From NCBI RefSeq assembly GCF_037042905.1, contig NC_087251.1:44022001-44086000 (forward strand): 64,000 nt of DNA. Direction: 5' to 3'. A model generated the notes under the pieces. It ran no database searches. It saw only the letters and a list, made by a program, of their open reading frames with translations, and had not been told where the DNA came from. Positions within the stretch are counted from its first letter, which is position 1. Every line of letters begins with the position of its first letter. Made by a program: the position numbers and the translations under genes. The DNA comes from Lytechinus pictus (Eukaryota). Positions 1-11,589 of the stretch are shown here, in pieces.

Positions 1-264
1 ACACCTCACCTTGTGATAGACTCTATAAAAGTGAGAATATAAGTGAAATAAGTACTAAAGTAATGAGGGAGTTGTACGTGTGTGATATCACAGATCTTGG
101 TCGCATTGCCGTTGGGAGGATCTACATGGCACTAGTGATCTCAATATTCGAATGCTCATAACTTTCTTATTATTCATTCAATCTTCCTCAAACTTTCAAC
201 AATATGTTTCTTTGATTTTTCTCTTTGATATGGATTCAGCTGGTTTCAAGGGTTTCATTCTCCT
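1..264. mobile_element. Right end of a TTAA-type (Kolobok/T2-like) non-autonomous element
   Basis: Ends CATTCTCCT|TTAA; carries CATAACTTTCTTATT...GATTTTTCTCT subterminal motifs shared with the MITE family below. Confidence 0.5.
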
Positions 265-280
265 TTAACATTGTGATGAA

Positions 281-290
281 GGGGATTTCC
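281..290 (+). promoter_or_regulatory. Consensus kB site GGGGATTTCC
   Basis: Exact match to GGGRNNYYCC; function unproven. Confidence 0.4.
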
Positions 291-662
291 AGGGTCCCTT
301 TTTTAGTTTCTAGGATTCTTTTGAGCATTGCCTCGCTAAAAGTAAATTCCTAGTTTTTATACCTGTTAGTAGTGTGGATGTGTGATACAATTTTGTTTTT
401 GGTTTACAAGTATAGATGAAAAGTGAAATTTGACAGTTCTGATCAATGTTGCATGGATCTACTAAAACTGGTTTTTTTCTAATTTACAAATAGTTCAGTT
501 TCAGTTTAGAAGCTGGAGTTTATTTTTTGTTGACAGCTTAAAAAAGAAATTAGCAAAGAAAATGATTAAACAAATTATGAAGAGAATTGAAATCCGACAG
601 ATATGAACAAGCATTGCTTGCACTGACCAGAATAGAAATCAATAAAACTACATGGCTGCATG

Positions 663-2792
663 CAGGGTTGGCGCGTTTTAAACGGTGTGTTTTAAAACAT
701 GTTTTAAAACGCGTTTTAAAACACCCGTTTTTTTTACAAAAAAAACGTGTTTTAAAACACCTCATAGACTCGTGTGTTATAAATATGCAGGGATGTGATT
801 TTACATGAATTTATTTTTTATACTTTTATTTCTTAATTAGTTTATTATTTTCTTCTAACTAAATCTCTTTCTCAACACCACTCTTTTTCTCCTCTCTCTT
901 TCCCCCCTTATTCTCCCTTTCTCCATTGCTTTGTCATGTTCCTTTCCTCCTGTTCAATTGTGCACATCAATCCATATTTAAGAATATTCTCATTTTAACA
1001 AACATCTGAGTGTTGTGCTCACTTTTAGACAGGGAAAGAAACACTATTTAAAATGAGCTCAAATATGTAATAGTAGTACTTGAATGAAATGGAAGTGTTG
1101 CACAAACATAATAATATTTTGCAAATAGACTGTACATGTATATCTGACATTGTAACCTTGAGGTACACACGAAATTAGGTGAAACTTTGCGCTTCGTAAA
1201 GATGAAGAAAAGTAATTTAATTCAGTATAAGATAATCAGCTAGCAAACCTTTTTTTCCTCCCTGAACATGTGTGGAACTACCATTGTTTTAACATTTTTT
1301 GGTTCAGTCAAGTTGGTCATTATTATCAAATCTGTAAAAATTGAAATATTGTATTGTTCAAACAATTAAAAAAAAATAGTGAGGGGCATTATCAACTCTC
1401 TCATTTGCACATCACTGAGTTGTAATAAATGTTTTGTGAAAAATAAGCGAAATTTTAAAATGTTATAACTTTCTTATTTTACATCCGATTTTGATGTAAT
1501 TTTCAGCATTATGCTTGTTTGAATTTTTTCTACTGATTCAAATCAAACATTTTTCTGGGGTGGACTTGACCTTTAACCCTCCTAACACTCCCAGGGGACC
1601 GTAATGGCCCCCTTAAAAATTTCTATGATAAATCCATAAGCACAACAGGGCCACGCCATATTGTTCAAGACTTTTTTTTGGATACATGCATGGATATGTG
1701 GTTATGATATTACCATGGAGCTATCAACACATTAATAGCTCAATGATATTACAAGTGCATGACAGACCAGAATTGCTCAATATCGTGATTTCATGTATAA
1801 AGCCAATGCTAATTTTTCGCCAACATTTTTATCTGTATCAATATTTGTACTTTTTGTTAATGATTGGAAAATTATTGCCAATAATTTCCATTAAAAAACT
1901 GATAAAAAAAACACAAAAGTAACCACAAAACTGTAGATAAGAAATATGTAAAAAAAAACAGTTAAAACAAACATTAAAAAAACAATTTGATCAGAATTCC
2001 TCAATTAAAGAAATAAGCAGTTCAAGGGCCTAATATTTATAGATTTAAACCCAATTTTGTATTTCATGCACTTATGGGTACCCGGTAGAATGTAAAAGTC
2101 ATTGTAGCTTGTCCAGTACTGTGTGCGCCTCACTGGCGACTGACTTGAATACTACCCAGGGAGTGGAGGATGTGCATACATTGTGTGCGGGAATGACTGA
2201 TTGAATCCGATGATTGTGGTAATAATAAATCTTTAAAGCGCTTAGACATGTCGTTCCAATGTATTAAGCGCGATATAAAAGCGGACTTTTATCATTATTA
2301 TTACTTAAAATTTGTATAATTGATTCAAATGAAATAAAGCATATTGAGTAAATGAAATTAAGCATTGAAAGCCTATAGTCTATAGATTATGTCATTTTCT
2401 TACATTGTGCAAATTCTTCTCACCCCCTAGATTGACAAGACTAAAAAAACCCTGAGACTACATCATATGTATGAGGAATAAACTTATGAAATGTCAACTT
2501 ACTTTTTCGGCATTCAATTTCCTTGATTTTGTTATTTGGGGGAAAATATGAACTTTTCTGTTGGAAATTCAGTAAAAAAAATTGTAGTCATCTCTTACTA
2601 ATACTCCAAAAATGTATTTAAAACATCAAGAACTTAAATCATACTGTATTAAATGTACAATTTAATTGATTTACAGAAAATTACATCGTTCGTTGGGAAA
2701 AAAACGTTTTAAAACGATTTAAAACGTTTTAAAACAATAAAAAGCGTTTTATTTGTTTTTTTTAATAAAAAACGTTTTTTATTACAACCCTG
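663..2792. mobile_element. Non-autonomous composite hAT element, copy 1
   Basis: TIR CAGGGTTG...CAACCCTG, perfect 8-bp TSD GCTGCATG (655-662 and 2793-2800), subterminal GTTTTAAAAC arrays; near-identical to 21675-23942. Confidence 0.92.
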
Positions 2793-3131
2793 GCTGCATG
2801 AGATTCGGGGGAGGGGAGGGGGAAGTTGGAGAAGGAAAAGGTTTAAAAAGTCAATATTAAACTGATGAATATATTATGGGTGTATAGTCAGAAAAATCCA
2901 TGTGTACAGTCAATGCAATGTTAAATTACTATAGGAAAACATGTAGCAGCTATTACCCCACCCCCCCCCCCCCCCCGAGTAAGTAAAACATACATTTCTT
3001 ATCTTTCGATAATTAAAAATGTGAAGTATTATGAAACTTTTATGATTTTAAAAAGCCTTACATGTACATATAAGTACCAAGAAAATTATGCCTTTGAAAA
3101 CTATATAGCACTGGTAAATGTTAATGTGTAT

Positions 3132-3755
3132 TGTCAGTTACCGACAAGTAATTATAAAAATGTTCAAATCAAAGAAAGGAATTAAGAAAAAGAAAAAGTT
3201 TTTTCATTGAAATGTTCCTAGATACTCGGGTATACTTCCACATCAAGCTCACTTTCATGTGAAGCCCTGCACAGAAGATACAATGCAATGATTCCACACA
3301 TTTGACTTCCATGTGTTATCTCTATGGCAAATTAAGTGTAATGTCAGTTACCGTAATGTCAGTTACCAGCATGGTTGTGGAAAAATTATCATAGCCCCCA
3401 AAAGACAAAAACAAATTGTTTAATATTTTGACACATCTTAACCTAGTAACGGAGGTATTTTACATATTCAAATTATTTCGCTATCTACTCAGGGACATGA
3501 GATATTTCAATTTTAATGAACACCCTGAAATTACATGTCCTTTTGCGTAATGTCAGTTACCGACACATTTTTGCTTGCTGATGCGTAAAAAAATAATGTT
3601 ACATAAGAAAACTTAGTATCAGAGTATACAGCAAGGTTCACTTTATTAACTCTATCAAAAGCAAACTCCCATCATTTGTTGTTTTAGAGATACACACAAT
3701 AAAAGGTGTGAAAACATTGTGCCGTGTAATGTCAGTTACCATGAAAATGCCCTTA
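3132..3755. repeat. Five dispersed TGTCAGTTACC motifs, probably subterminal repeats of a degraded DNA transposon end
   Basis: Motif at 3132, 3342, 3357, 3551 and 3730; the last runs into ATGAAAATGCCCTTA, which resembles a terminus. Confidence 0.55.
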
Positions 3756-3949
3756 TGGGAAGTTACATTTTATGGCAGATATTTCTGCTACATGGCAGTG
3801 GAGATTGTATATTATTTTCTGCTTAATTTTTCAAGTGGGCAAGACACAATATTGCAAATGCTTTCATTCGACTTGTAACTTATGACCACCATGGAGGGGA
3901 GGGGGGGAGGGGCTTCCAAAGAACAACAAAAGCGCCTCCAATGGATAAT

Positions 3950-6395
3950 GGATCAGATGCATAAAAAGTACCAATTGCTTTTGCTAGACTTTTGCTTGAT
4001 TCCGTATGCATAAAAATGAGCGAGCAAATGCTTTTGCTAGTAAGTTCAAGCAATCGCTAACTGACTGCTAGCATTTCCTTGACGGTTAAGCTATTGTTAA
4101 AAAGCATATGCATGTTTGGGTTTTTCAAGCTCCGTCAGAGCAGCTTGAGCGTTTGCTTGATCAAGTTCACGTGTTTTAATCATGATTATGCACCTGAGAG
4201 AGAACCCCAAGGTGTACCGTAGTCTACATGAACTTGTTTTCTTCCTAATAAGTACAAACCAAATGCCAAATACATAATTTTTTCAAAAAGAAACAAGTTA
4301 TTTTGACACCACGTCTGAGGAAAAGATATAGTAAAGAAGCGGTAATTTGCACTGCCACACCTTTGCGTTCGAGTAGTGCTGTAGCCGAACTGCCGAACCG
4401 AACGGAAGTTCGCCGAACTTGGCACTTCCGAACCGGACCGAACCGAACCGAACACAAAGGCCTGGTTCGGTGGTTCGGTAAAAAAAAAAAAATTGGCACA
4501 TTTATTCACTACGTAATATGAATAAAAGCGGGGACTACATATATTTAAATATAAAATGAAAAAAAAATATTGGTTAGTGATTGTGCACAATAAGAATTCC
4601 ACACAAAATATTTTTTAAATCCACCATTTAAGCTCACATCTTGTCTTTGATTGAATTGTTATCAACTTAAGAATATTTTATTAACATGAATATATTTTTT
4701 CTTCATTAAATGAGGAGACATTTGAAGCTAAACTCGGTATAAAAGTGTGGTTGAATTACGTATTGCCGTAATCGATCGTGATCGTAATCGGACCTAATTG
4801 TTTTCTATTTAATTAAGAAAAAGGACAAGACATAAATTCATTCCTCGTAAATGACAAAGTATGACAGCTTCGGTCTCGTCTTTGATTGAATTTTTATCAG
4901 TCTCAATTTTTTTATTACCATGAATTTATTTATTTTTCTCATAACATGTGGGGAAATTTTAAGCTAAACTCGGTTAAAAAGTGTAGTTGAATTACGTATA
5001 AGTGTAATCGATCATGATTGTGATCGGGCGTCCATGTAATTGTTTTGTATTTAATAATAGAAAAAAAATGACATAAATTCATTCCTTGTGACTGACAAAG
5101 TAATGGTAAAGTATGTATATTTCACCTTCTGAAATATACATATCAATATTAAAGATAAATAAATAAGAGATGAAGTAATGAGGTTAGAAAAAACAGAAAA
5201 GATAAAAATTCAAAGCAAGTCAACGCATGTTCCCTGATCGTGTACCGGAAATGGTTGATAAGGAAAGTTGAAACAGGACGTCCAAACAACCTGCTCTCAG
5301 TTGCTATTACGCTGGTAAAATTCATATTCCGAATTTGAAATGTTTTTCCATTGTCAATATTTTCTAAAAAGTGGTTTAATCTGGTCATTTACTGAAAATG
5401 AAATGATAAATTTTCAGTTCCTTCTTGGTTCTGACGATCAACGCCGAGTGATTTCATAACACTAAAATACACAGTACAGTCCCATGTACTCATTTTCTTG
5501 TTGGAAATATGTTTGAAGTCACTCGAGTGTCGATCTTTCGGGACCAAGAATGGACTGATATTTTATCTTTTTAAAGTAATTGATTGACCAGATTTAACCA
5601 CTTTTCAGAAAATAGGGACTTTCTAAAAGATTTCATATTCTTTGGAATGTGAATTTTACCAGTATAATAACAGTTGAGTGGAGGTTGTTTGTCTACTGTT
5701 CCGACATTCCCGATCAACACATTCCAATCGGAGAAGCTGCGTTTGCAATGGCATTGTAATCGATCATGATCATATCTACATGGAATAATCAATGAACAAA
5801 AAATATTCTGTTCTTTGTAATTCTGTTTCTGTCCTCATTCTCTCGTTATCAATATTATTTTCTTTGTTTTTTTATTCAATTTAAAAATGAAAGTAGAAAC
5901 GACTCTTATTTTTGGTTTCAAGATTGAAATAAATAAAAGAAAGTTATGCAGCAATTTTTATAACCATTCTTTTTAAAAACAAAATTTATTATAAATATAC
6001 GACAGATATTGCATATGTTAATTTGTTCGAGGGTTGGCAATCTTTAGTTTCATGTGTTGATAATTTAATTGCGCATTTATTGCCGAACCCCGAACCGAAC
6101 CAAAGTTCGGAACAAATTTGCCGAACCCTGCCGAACCCTGCCGAACCGAACAGAACCCGAACATGCCGCCTGACTTGCAGCACTACGTTCGAGTCCTGCC
6201 TTTTCTGTGAGTCGTGTTTGCACAGAAAGCAATTGCTTCCTGAAGGCAAGAAAAGGGTTCAAGCACTAGCAAGGGGTTTAATGCATATGCAGTATTTAAA
6301 GCAATTGCTGAAGCATGATCTTTTGCTTGGCTAGCTATTGCTTGTGCTTGAACCGATTGCTTGCCAGCAATTGCAACTTTTTATGCATCTGACCC
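3950..6395. mobile_element. TIR element (host of the nested hAT below)
   Basis: About 20-bp TIR GGATCAGATGCATAAAAAGT...ACTTTTTATGCATCTGACCC; a second, uninterrupted and diverged copy starts at 28520. Confidence 0.75.
4374..6185. mobile_element. Non-autonomous hAT element with CCGAA subterminal arrays
   Basis: TIR TAGTGCTG...CAGCACTA, perfect 8-bp TSD CGTTCGAG (4366-4373 and 6186-6193), many CCGAAC repeats at both ends, internal tandem duplication of about 235 bp (about 4640-5100). Confidence 0.92.
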
Positions 6396-7002
6396 AACGC
6401 AATGACCCAGGTGTGTTGCTATGTCAGTGCATAAATTATCTTTTGATATCAGGCAAACTCGAAGCACTCCAGTCAGAAGTCACCATATAAAATAACACCC
6501 AAGACAGAAATGGTCTATCTAGGCAGATACATAGGCCTGTAGGTGGTGACAATAGGTGTGTTTAAATTACTGGATTACCTGTTTAAACAGAAATGATAGT
6601 CCCTTCTTTTTCATTTTTCATACTTAACGATGGAGTAAATTGTAGAGAAAGGGGGTAAATAATAAAAATAGTATTGTTTTACATAAATGAAAATTAATTA
6701 CAATGTCATAGCATTGGAATACACTGACACAGTTGCCCTGATCAGGATATAAAGAGACAAACAACCTCCACAGTCTACACAACTGCTATCATCCTGTTTT
6801 AACTTCACAATCCATAGGGAATGTCCTTCCAAAGTCCATATTTTCTTATAAGGGGTTTTGTCTAGTGTAATGAATTGGTAAAATATATGTGCATGTACAC
6901 TGTATTCAAATTACATACATGTAATGTAACTTGAATTTTGTTGTAGAAATTAGTCAATTTGTTTTCACAATTGATTTGTTCTTTGTTTTATTATTCATAG
7001 AA

Positions 7003-7063
7003 ATGCAGATGGATGCAGCAGCAATAGAGGATATGGAAGAACTTCTTCAGTCCTTGAAAACAA
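7003..7063 (+). CDS. Rel: Putative first coding exon of Rel (MQMDAAAIEDMEELLQSLKT); exon begins at 7001 after an acceptor, so a non-coding exon probably lies further upstream
   Basis: T-rich tract and TTCATAG acceptor ending at 7000, ATG at 7003, 20 codons + 1 nt, strong GTGAGT donor at 7064. Phase 1 matches the phase-1 acceptor of the RHD exon at 40205. No homology support. Confidence 0.6.
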
Positions 7064-8401
7064 GTGAGTAATATTAATTATATCAAGACAAAATAAAGAT
7101 CAAGTGACAGACAACGGGGAATAATTTTCCTGGTATCGCAACGCAAATTTGCTCCACATTTTTTAAAAGACTGCTTCACAAAAAGTTTTTGTGGCAGAAT
7201 AATTTACCGGTATACAGTACATGTACTATTATGGTACCATTTTTAAGCTAAAAAGAGTTATGAACACCAATTGAGATAATTGATGAAAATTGAAAATCGT
7301 ACTCTTTTTATCGATTAAAGCCTTGTTCATTGCTTCTTTTTAAAGGAGAAATTGGGCTGTCCAGGCCAGCTGAACTCGTAAGCTGCACTGCGCATTTTAC
7401 GTTGACCTCAGATGAAAGGTCAGATAGGGTCATTTGTCCCTTGCCGCGCTTATGTTGCAATTTTGCACTTACATACAATGAAATTCGACAATGATTAGAT
7501 TTTTCCTTTGATATCATCCAGAAGAAGCTAAAATGCAATTCAATTCATTCATTCAACCATCAAAAAGATAAAATCAGTAGGCCTACAAGATAAAATATTA
7601 ACAAAAGTATCAGAAATACAAAACAAGTAGATGGTTCGGAGACCCCGGAGAAGCGATGCTTATAAAAGGGGTCACCACGATACATTAATACATTACAAAT
7701 AACAAGTGTGAAGAAAAATAGAACTCACATTATTTAAAACAAGGTTAGAGAAATGCAATATGATGTGGTTTGATCACATGATTACAAAATTAAAAAGAGT
7801 GAAAATCTAAGATTAAAATTAATTACTCTGTCAAGTCTTGGGAATGACTACACAATAATAATCGGTGTCAATGGTCAGTATAGGGACAGTGATTTTCTGT
7901 TTTACCGATAAATGAAACAGAAATTCCGTTTGGTTCTTATACTTTTCATGTAAAAATTCGTGGAATTCACCTTTGCAAAACGGAATTCAGGTTTTTGCTG
8001 TGTACATTTTCAGTGACAAAACAGAACTTCCATTTTCAAATCAAGTTGAAACGGAATTACAGATTTTCAGAAACAGAAGAGACCATTTTTTGAATCAGAA
8101 TCACTGTCTCTAAATCTAGATTCAGACAAAATATCAAAACAATAGTCAATATTACTCCACCCAAATTAATTCAGCATGCAAAGAGTTAAAAAGAGTATTG
8201 TATTGTTAGTTTGCAATCTTGATTGTAGTGTATTGCATTGTTTATCTGAATATTGCACAGTTTATTATAGCAGTATAATAGCACATTTGGCCTTGTCACA
8301 TTTCCCCTACTGTGGCAGCACAGCGTGTAAAAAAAAAATTGGTCGGTTTGAAGAATTTTGCTCTGGGTTGTTTGCATAGAAATACGTAAAAGGCTGTTTA
8401 T

Positions 8402-8411
8402 GGAATCTCCC
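8402..8411 (-). promoter_or_regulatory. Consensus kB site GGGAGATTCC within a motif cluster
   Basis: Exact match to GGGRNNYYCC; neighbouring kB-like half sites and an ETS core (CACTTCCTG at 8502-8510). Confidence 0.45.
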
Positions 8412-10560
8412 TGCAGGGGAATGTGACTGCAGCATTACTGTCAGCTTTCTTTGTCTCGAATTGAAGTTATTATTTTGTTTATTTGCATATATAGCGTTAT
8501 TCACTTCCTGCTATGTGATTGGGAATAGTTAATGTTGTGTTGGCATGTTTTTATATTTTGTGAAGTGCAGATCAATTACTAAAACTGGAAACACTTCATG
8601 ATCTAAAGCACTCTGTTTTATGGGTTTATGAAAAATGAGAATTCCTACAAGTATGTTTTGAAATAAACACGCAACAAAAGCCTGGTGTTAGCCTGAAAAT
8701 GAGAAGCCTAAATACATCCCTTACCAATACATATATACAAATACATATTACCAAATACAGGTTGGTCCTGATTGTTATTTATCATGGCAATCCTCTCCTG
8801 AAAAAAATAAAATCATAATTTTGTATATGTGTCATAATTCATATCCTCATTTTCAGAAAATTCTTTTTTTTTCTTCAATTTGTGCCCTTTTCCATAGACA
8901 TTTTATTTCTGACAATACAGTTTGCGCAATATGCCTCATGTACATTGTATCTCCATGCCAAGGCAATTTTAATGACCACATTATTCCTCTCGAGATAAAT
9001 CTGTAGTTTCCATGTACAGTACCTGCCGTAAGTACTATGTATTTCACATAAAGAGTATTCTTGTTAATAATATGCAGGCTACATGGATGTCAACAGTATT
9101 ATTCTTTTGTATTTCCTTTATTACAATGGAAACATAATTTGTTCCACACATTTAAAACAGTAAGATGCAGACCTTAAATTCAGTCAAGTTGTACTACACT
9201 ACACTACACTACCCTTTTCCTTTTATCGCATCAGAAATAGAAAGAAAGTGAGAGAGAGAGAAAAAAACAACAACAACAGCCATGATACCTTTTATTTTCT
9301 GTTGTGTGCTCTGATCTGAATTTGATTTGTATGTTCATTGCAGTTTGTGTGAAATCAACACCTGTAAGCTTCCTTTATGAATAGTTTTCTATTCTTTTTT
9401 TCTTTTGGATAAATAATGAAACTGTAGTTTTATATTTACCAACATCCTACATTGATACATTTTGGTTTTTCTGCAGCGTTATACTTGAAGCCATACTCCC
9501 CCTCTACCACTTAATTTTTTGTCAAAGAAAGCTTTGTATACGCCTACAAAGTAACGATATATTATAAGACATCTTGAACAGAAAAGGAACCAATTTCCTC
9601 TTTTTTTTTCTTTTTTTTTTACTTTGGAGGCACTTGTGAATTATGATGGTATTAATATTAAGATTGATTTCAAAATTAGCTAAATATTCTCAATTACATC
9701 TGGTGTACAAGTACCATGCATGTGTGCACTGCATTGTTATTAATTTTGTAAATGAGACTGGCAAAGATACTTTTAACATCCTATTTTATATCCTACTTTT
9801 ACACCAAAAGTGTACAGCTATTTAAAAAAAAATTACATTTTTTTAAAGGTTACATTTTTAAAGGACATGTTCAGCCCAGCGATAAATCAAATTAATTAAG
9901 CATAACGCTGATTATTTCATTAGAATTTTATTTTTAATATGAAAATTTGCTTTTCTCAATTCTTAAATAAAATACAATGAGGGAACAGATGATATCAATC
10001 ACACATTTTAATATGGATGTGTTTTACATTCAGATATTTCAATATTTATAGATTTGATAACAAAGAAACTCTCAGTCACAGTCTAATTCCCCTTTTTTCT
10101 TCCTTTTATGTTAAAATAATAAATTGCGTGTACATGATAGAGCTACATAGATTGTGATTAAACTTTTCTCATCAAGTCACAATATTAATTGGAAATGCAA
10201 AGGAGAACAATCTACATTATGTACATCTATACAGTATTTACAATGGGGCTGTAAGTGGCAGTCCACCTGTGGTTGACTGATGCTGTCGGTACAGACTGTA
10301 CAGAGCCTGATTTCTCAATTTTCGGTCATGCAGCCATGTTGTTTTGTTCGTTAGCAATTCTTAAGTACTCCAATGCAGAAATACAGTGGAGAAACTAAAA
10401 ATCTCAAACAGAACAAAATGGCAGCACCCATGCACCAGTATGTTACCAGCTAATATAAATTCAAGCAAGAAAATTGAGAAATCCTGCTCAGTTGTATTAT
10501 TTCCATAGCTTATCTACTTGGTTGATAAAAGGTTTGAAATACTGTGTTATGTAAAAGTTT

Positions 10561-10876
10561 TAATAATAATAATACACAGTTCTTGTATACATGTAGCGCA
10601 TATATCACAATTATGAATAATGTCTCTATGCGCTTCCAAAGGACTTGGATATTATTACCCCAGCTGTAGCTTGGCAGCCGTAATGACTAAGATTACAGTG
10701 CACACGCATTTCAAGGAATAAATTCCTGCCAGTTACCCATTCACCTCACCTGGGTTGAGTGCAGCACAATGTGGATAAATTTCTTGCCGAAGGAAATTAC
10801 GCCATGGCTGGGGTTCGAACCTACGACCCTCCGTTTCAAAGTCCGTAGACTAATCCACTGGACCACTATGCTCCAC
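10561..10876 (-). mobile_element. tRNA-derived SINE
   Basis: Minus-strand head with A/B boxes (GGTTCGAACCC), conserved core GCTGCACTCAACCCAGGTGAGGTGAATGGGTA and (TTA)n tail; paralogues elsewhere in the window. Confidence 0.85.
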
Positions 10877-11589
10877 TTTTCATTTAATACATTTAGATTT
10901 GAAATAAAGGTCTTGAAATGGCTTATGTTTTCATAGTCTTTTATGACACTGAATATCTGTTCTATATTTTGGCGGTCCATCAGTCTGTAAGAAATGGCAC
11001 TGGTCACTGAGTGGGATACAAGAAAATATAATTAGATAAAGCTGGAATAAATACGTCTTGGACGAGTCACAAGGCATGTCCAATTTTTTATTCACTGCAA
11101 CCAACATATACAATATGTATTCCATCCACAAATTTGGTCATCTAATATTTGAAATTTTATTTTGATAATCCACAAAAAGCTGGCAAATTGTTATGAATGT
11201 GGATTGAGCCTATAATGTAGTCAGAATCTTGTGGAAAATCCTGAAAATCTACGCTCAAACTAATTGTGACATCACAAGTAGGCCTAGTGGCTACTACCTA
11301 GTCACAACTCGCAATTAATTTTGCTTACTTTTGATATATTTAATCTTCTATGAAAGGGTACATGAGACCCGCAAGTTTCAAGCACAATCTAGGAATATGA
11401 TATATGCACAGCTTTCGCAAAAATGATGCATAATCTCATGGTCATTAATAGGCCAATCATAATCTTGTGGGCTGGAAAATACTGATCTTCCAATAAATTG
11501 AGATACCATTAAATTTATCTTTTTTTATGACATATCATCATTGGCATTTTCTTACTCATTAGGTGGTCTGTCTATGTTTAAGTCTTTAT

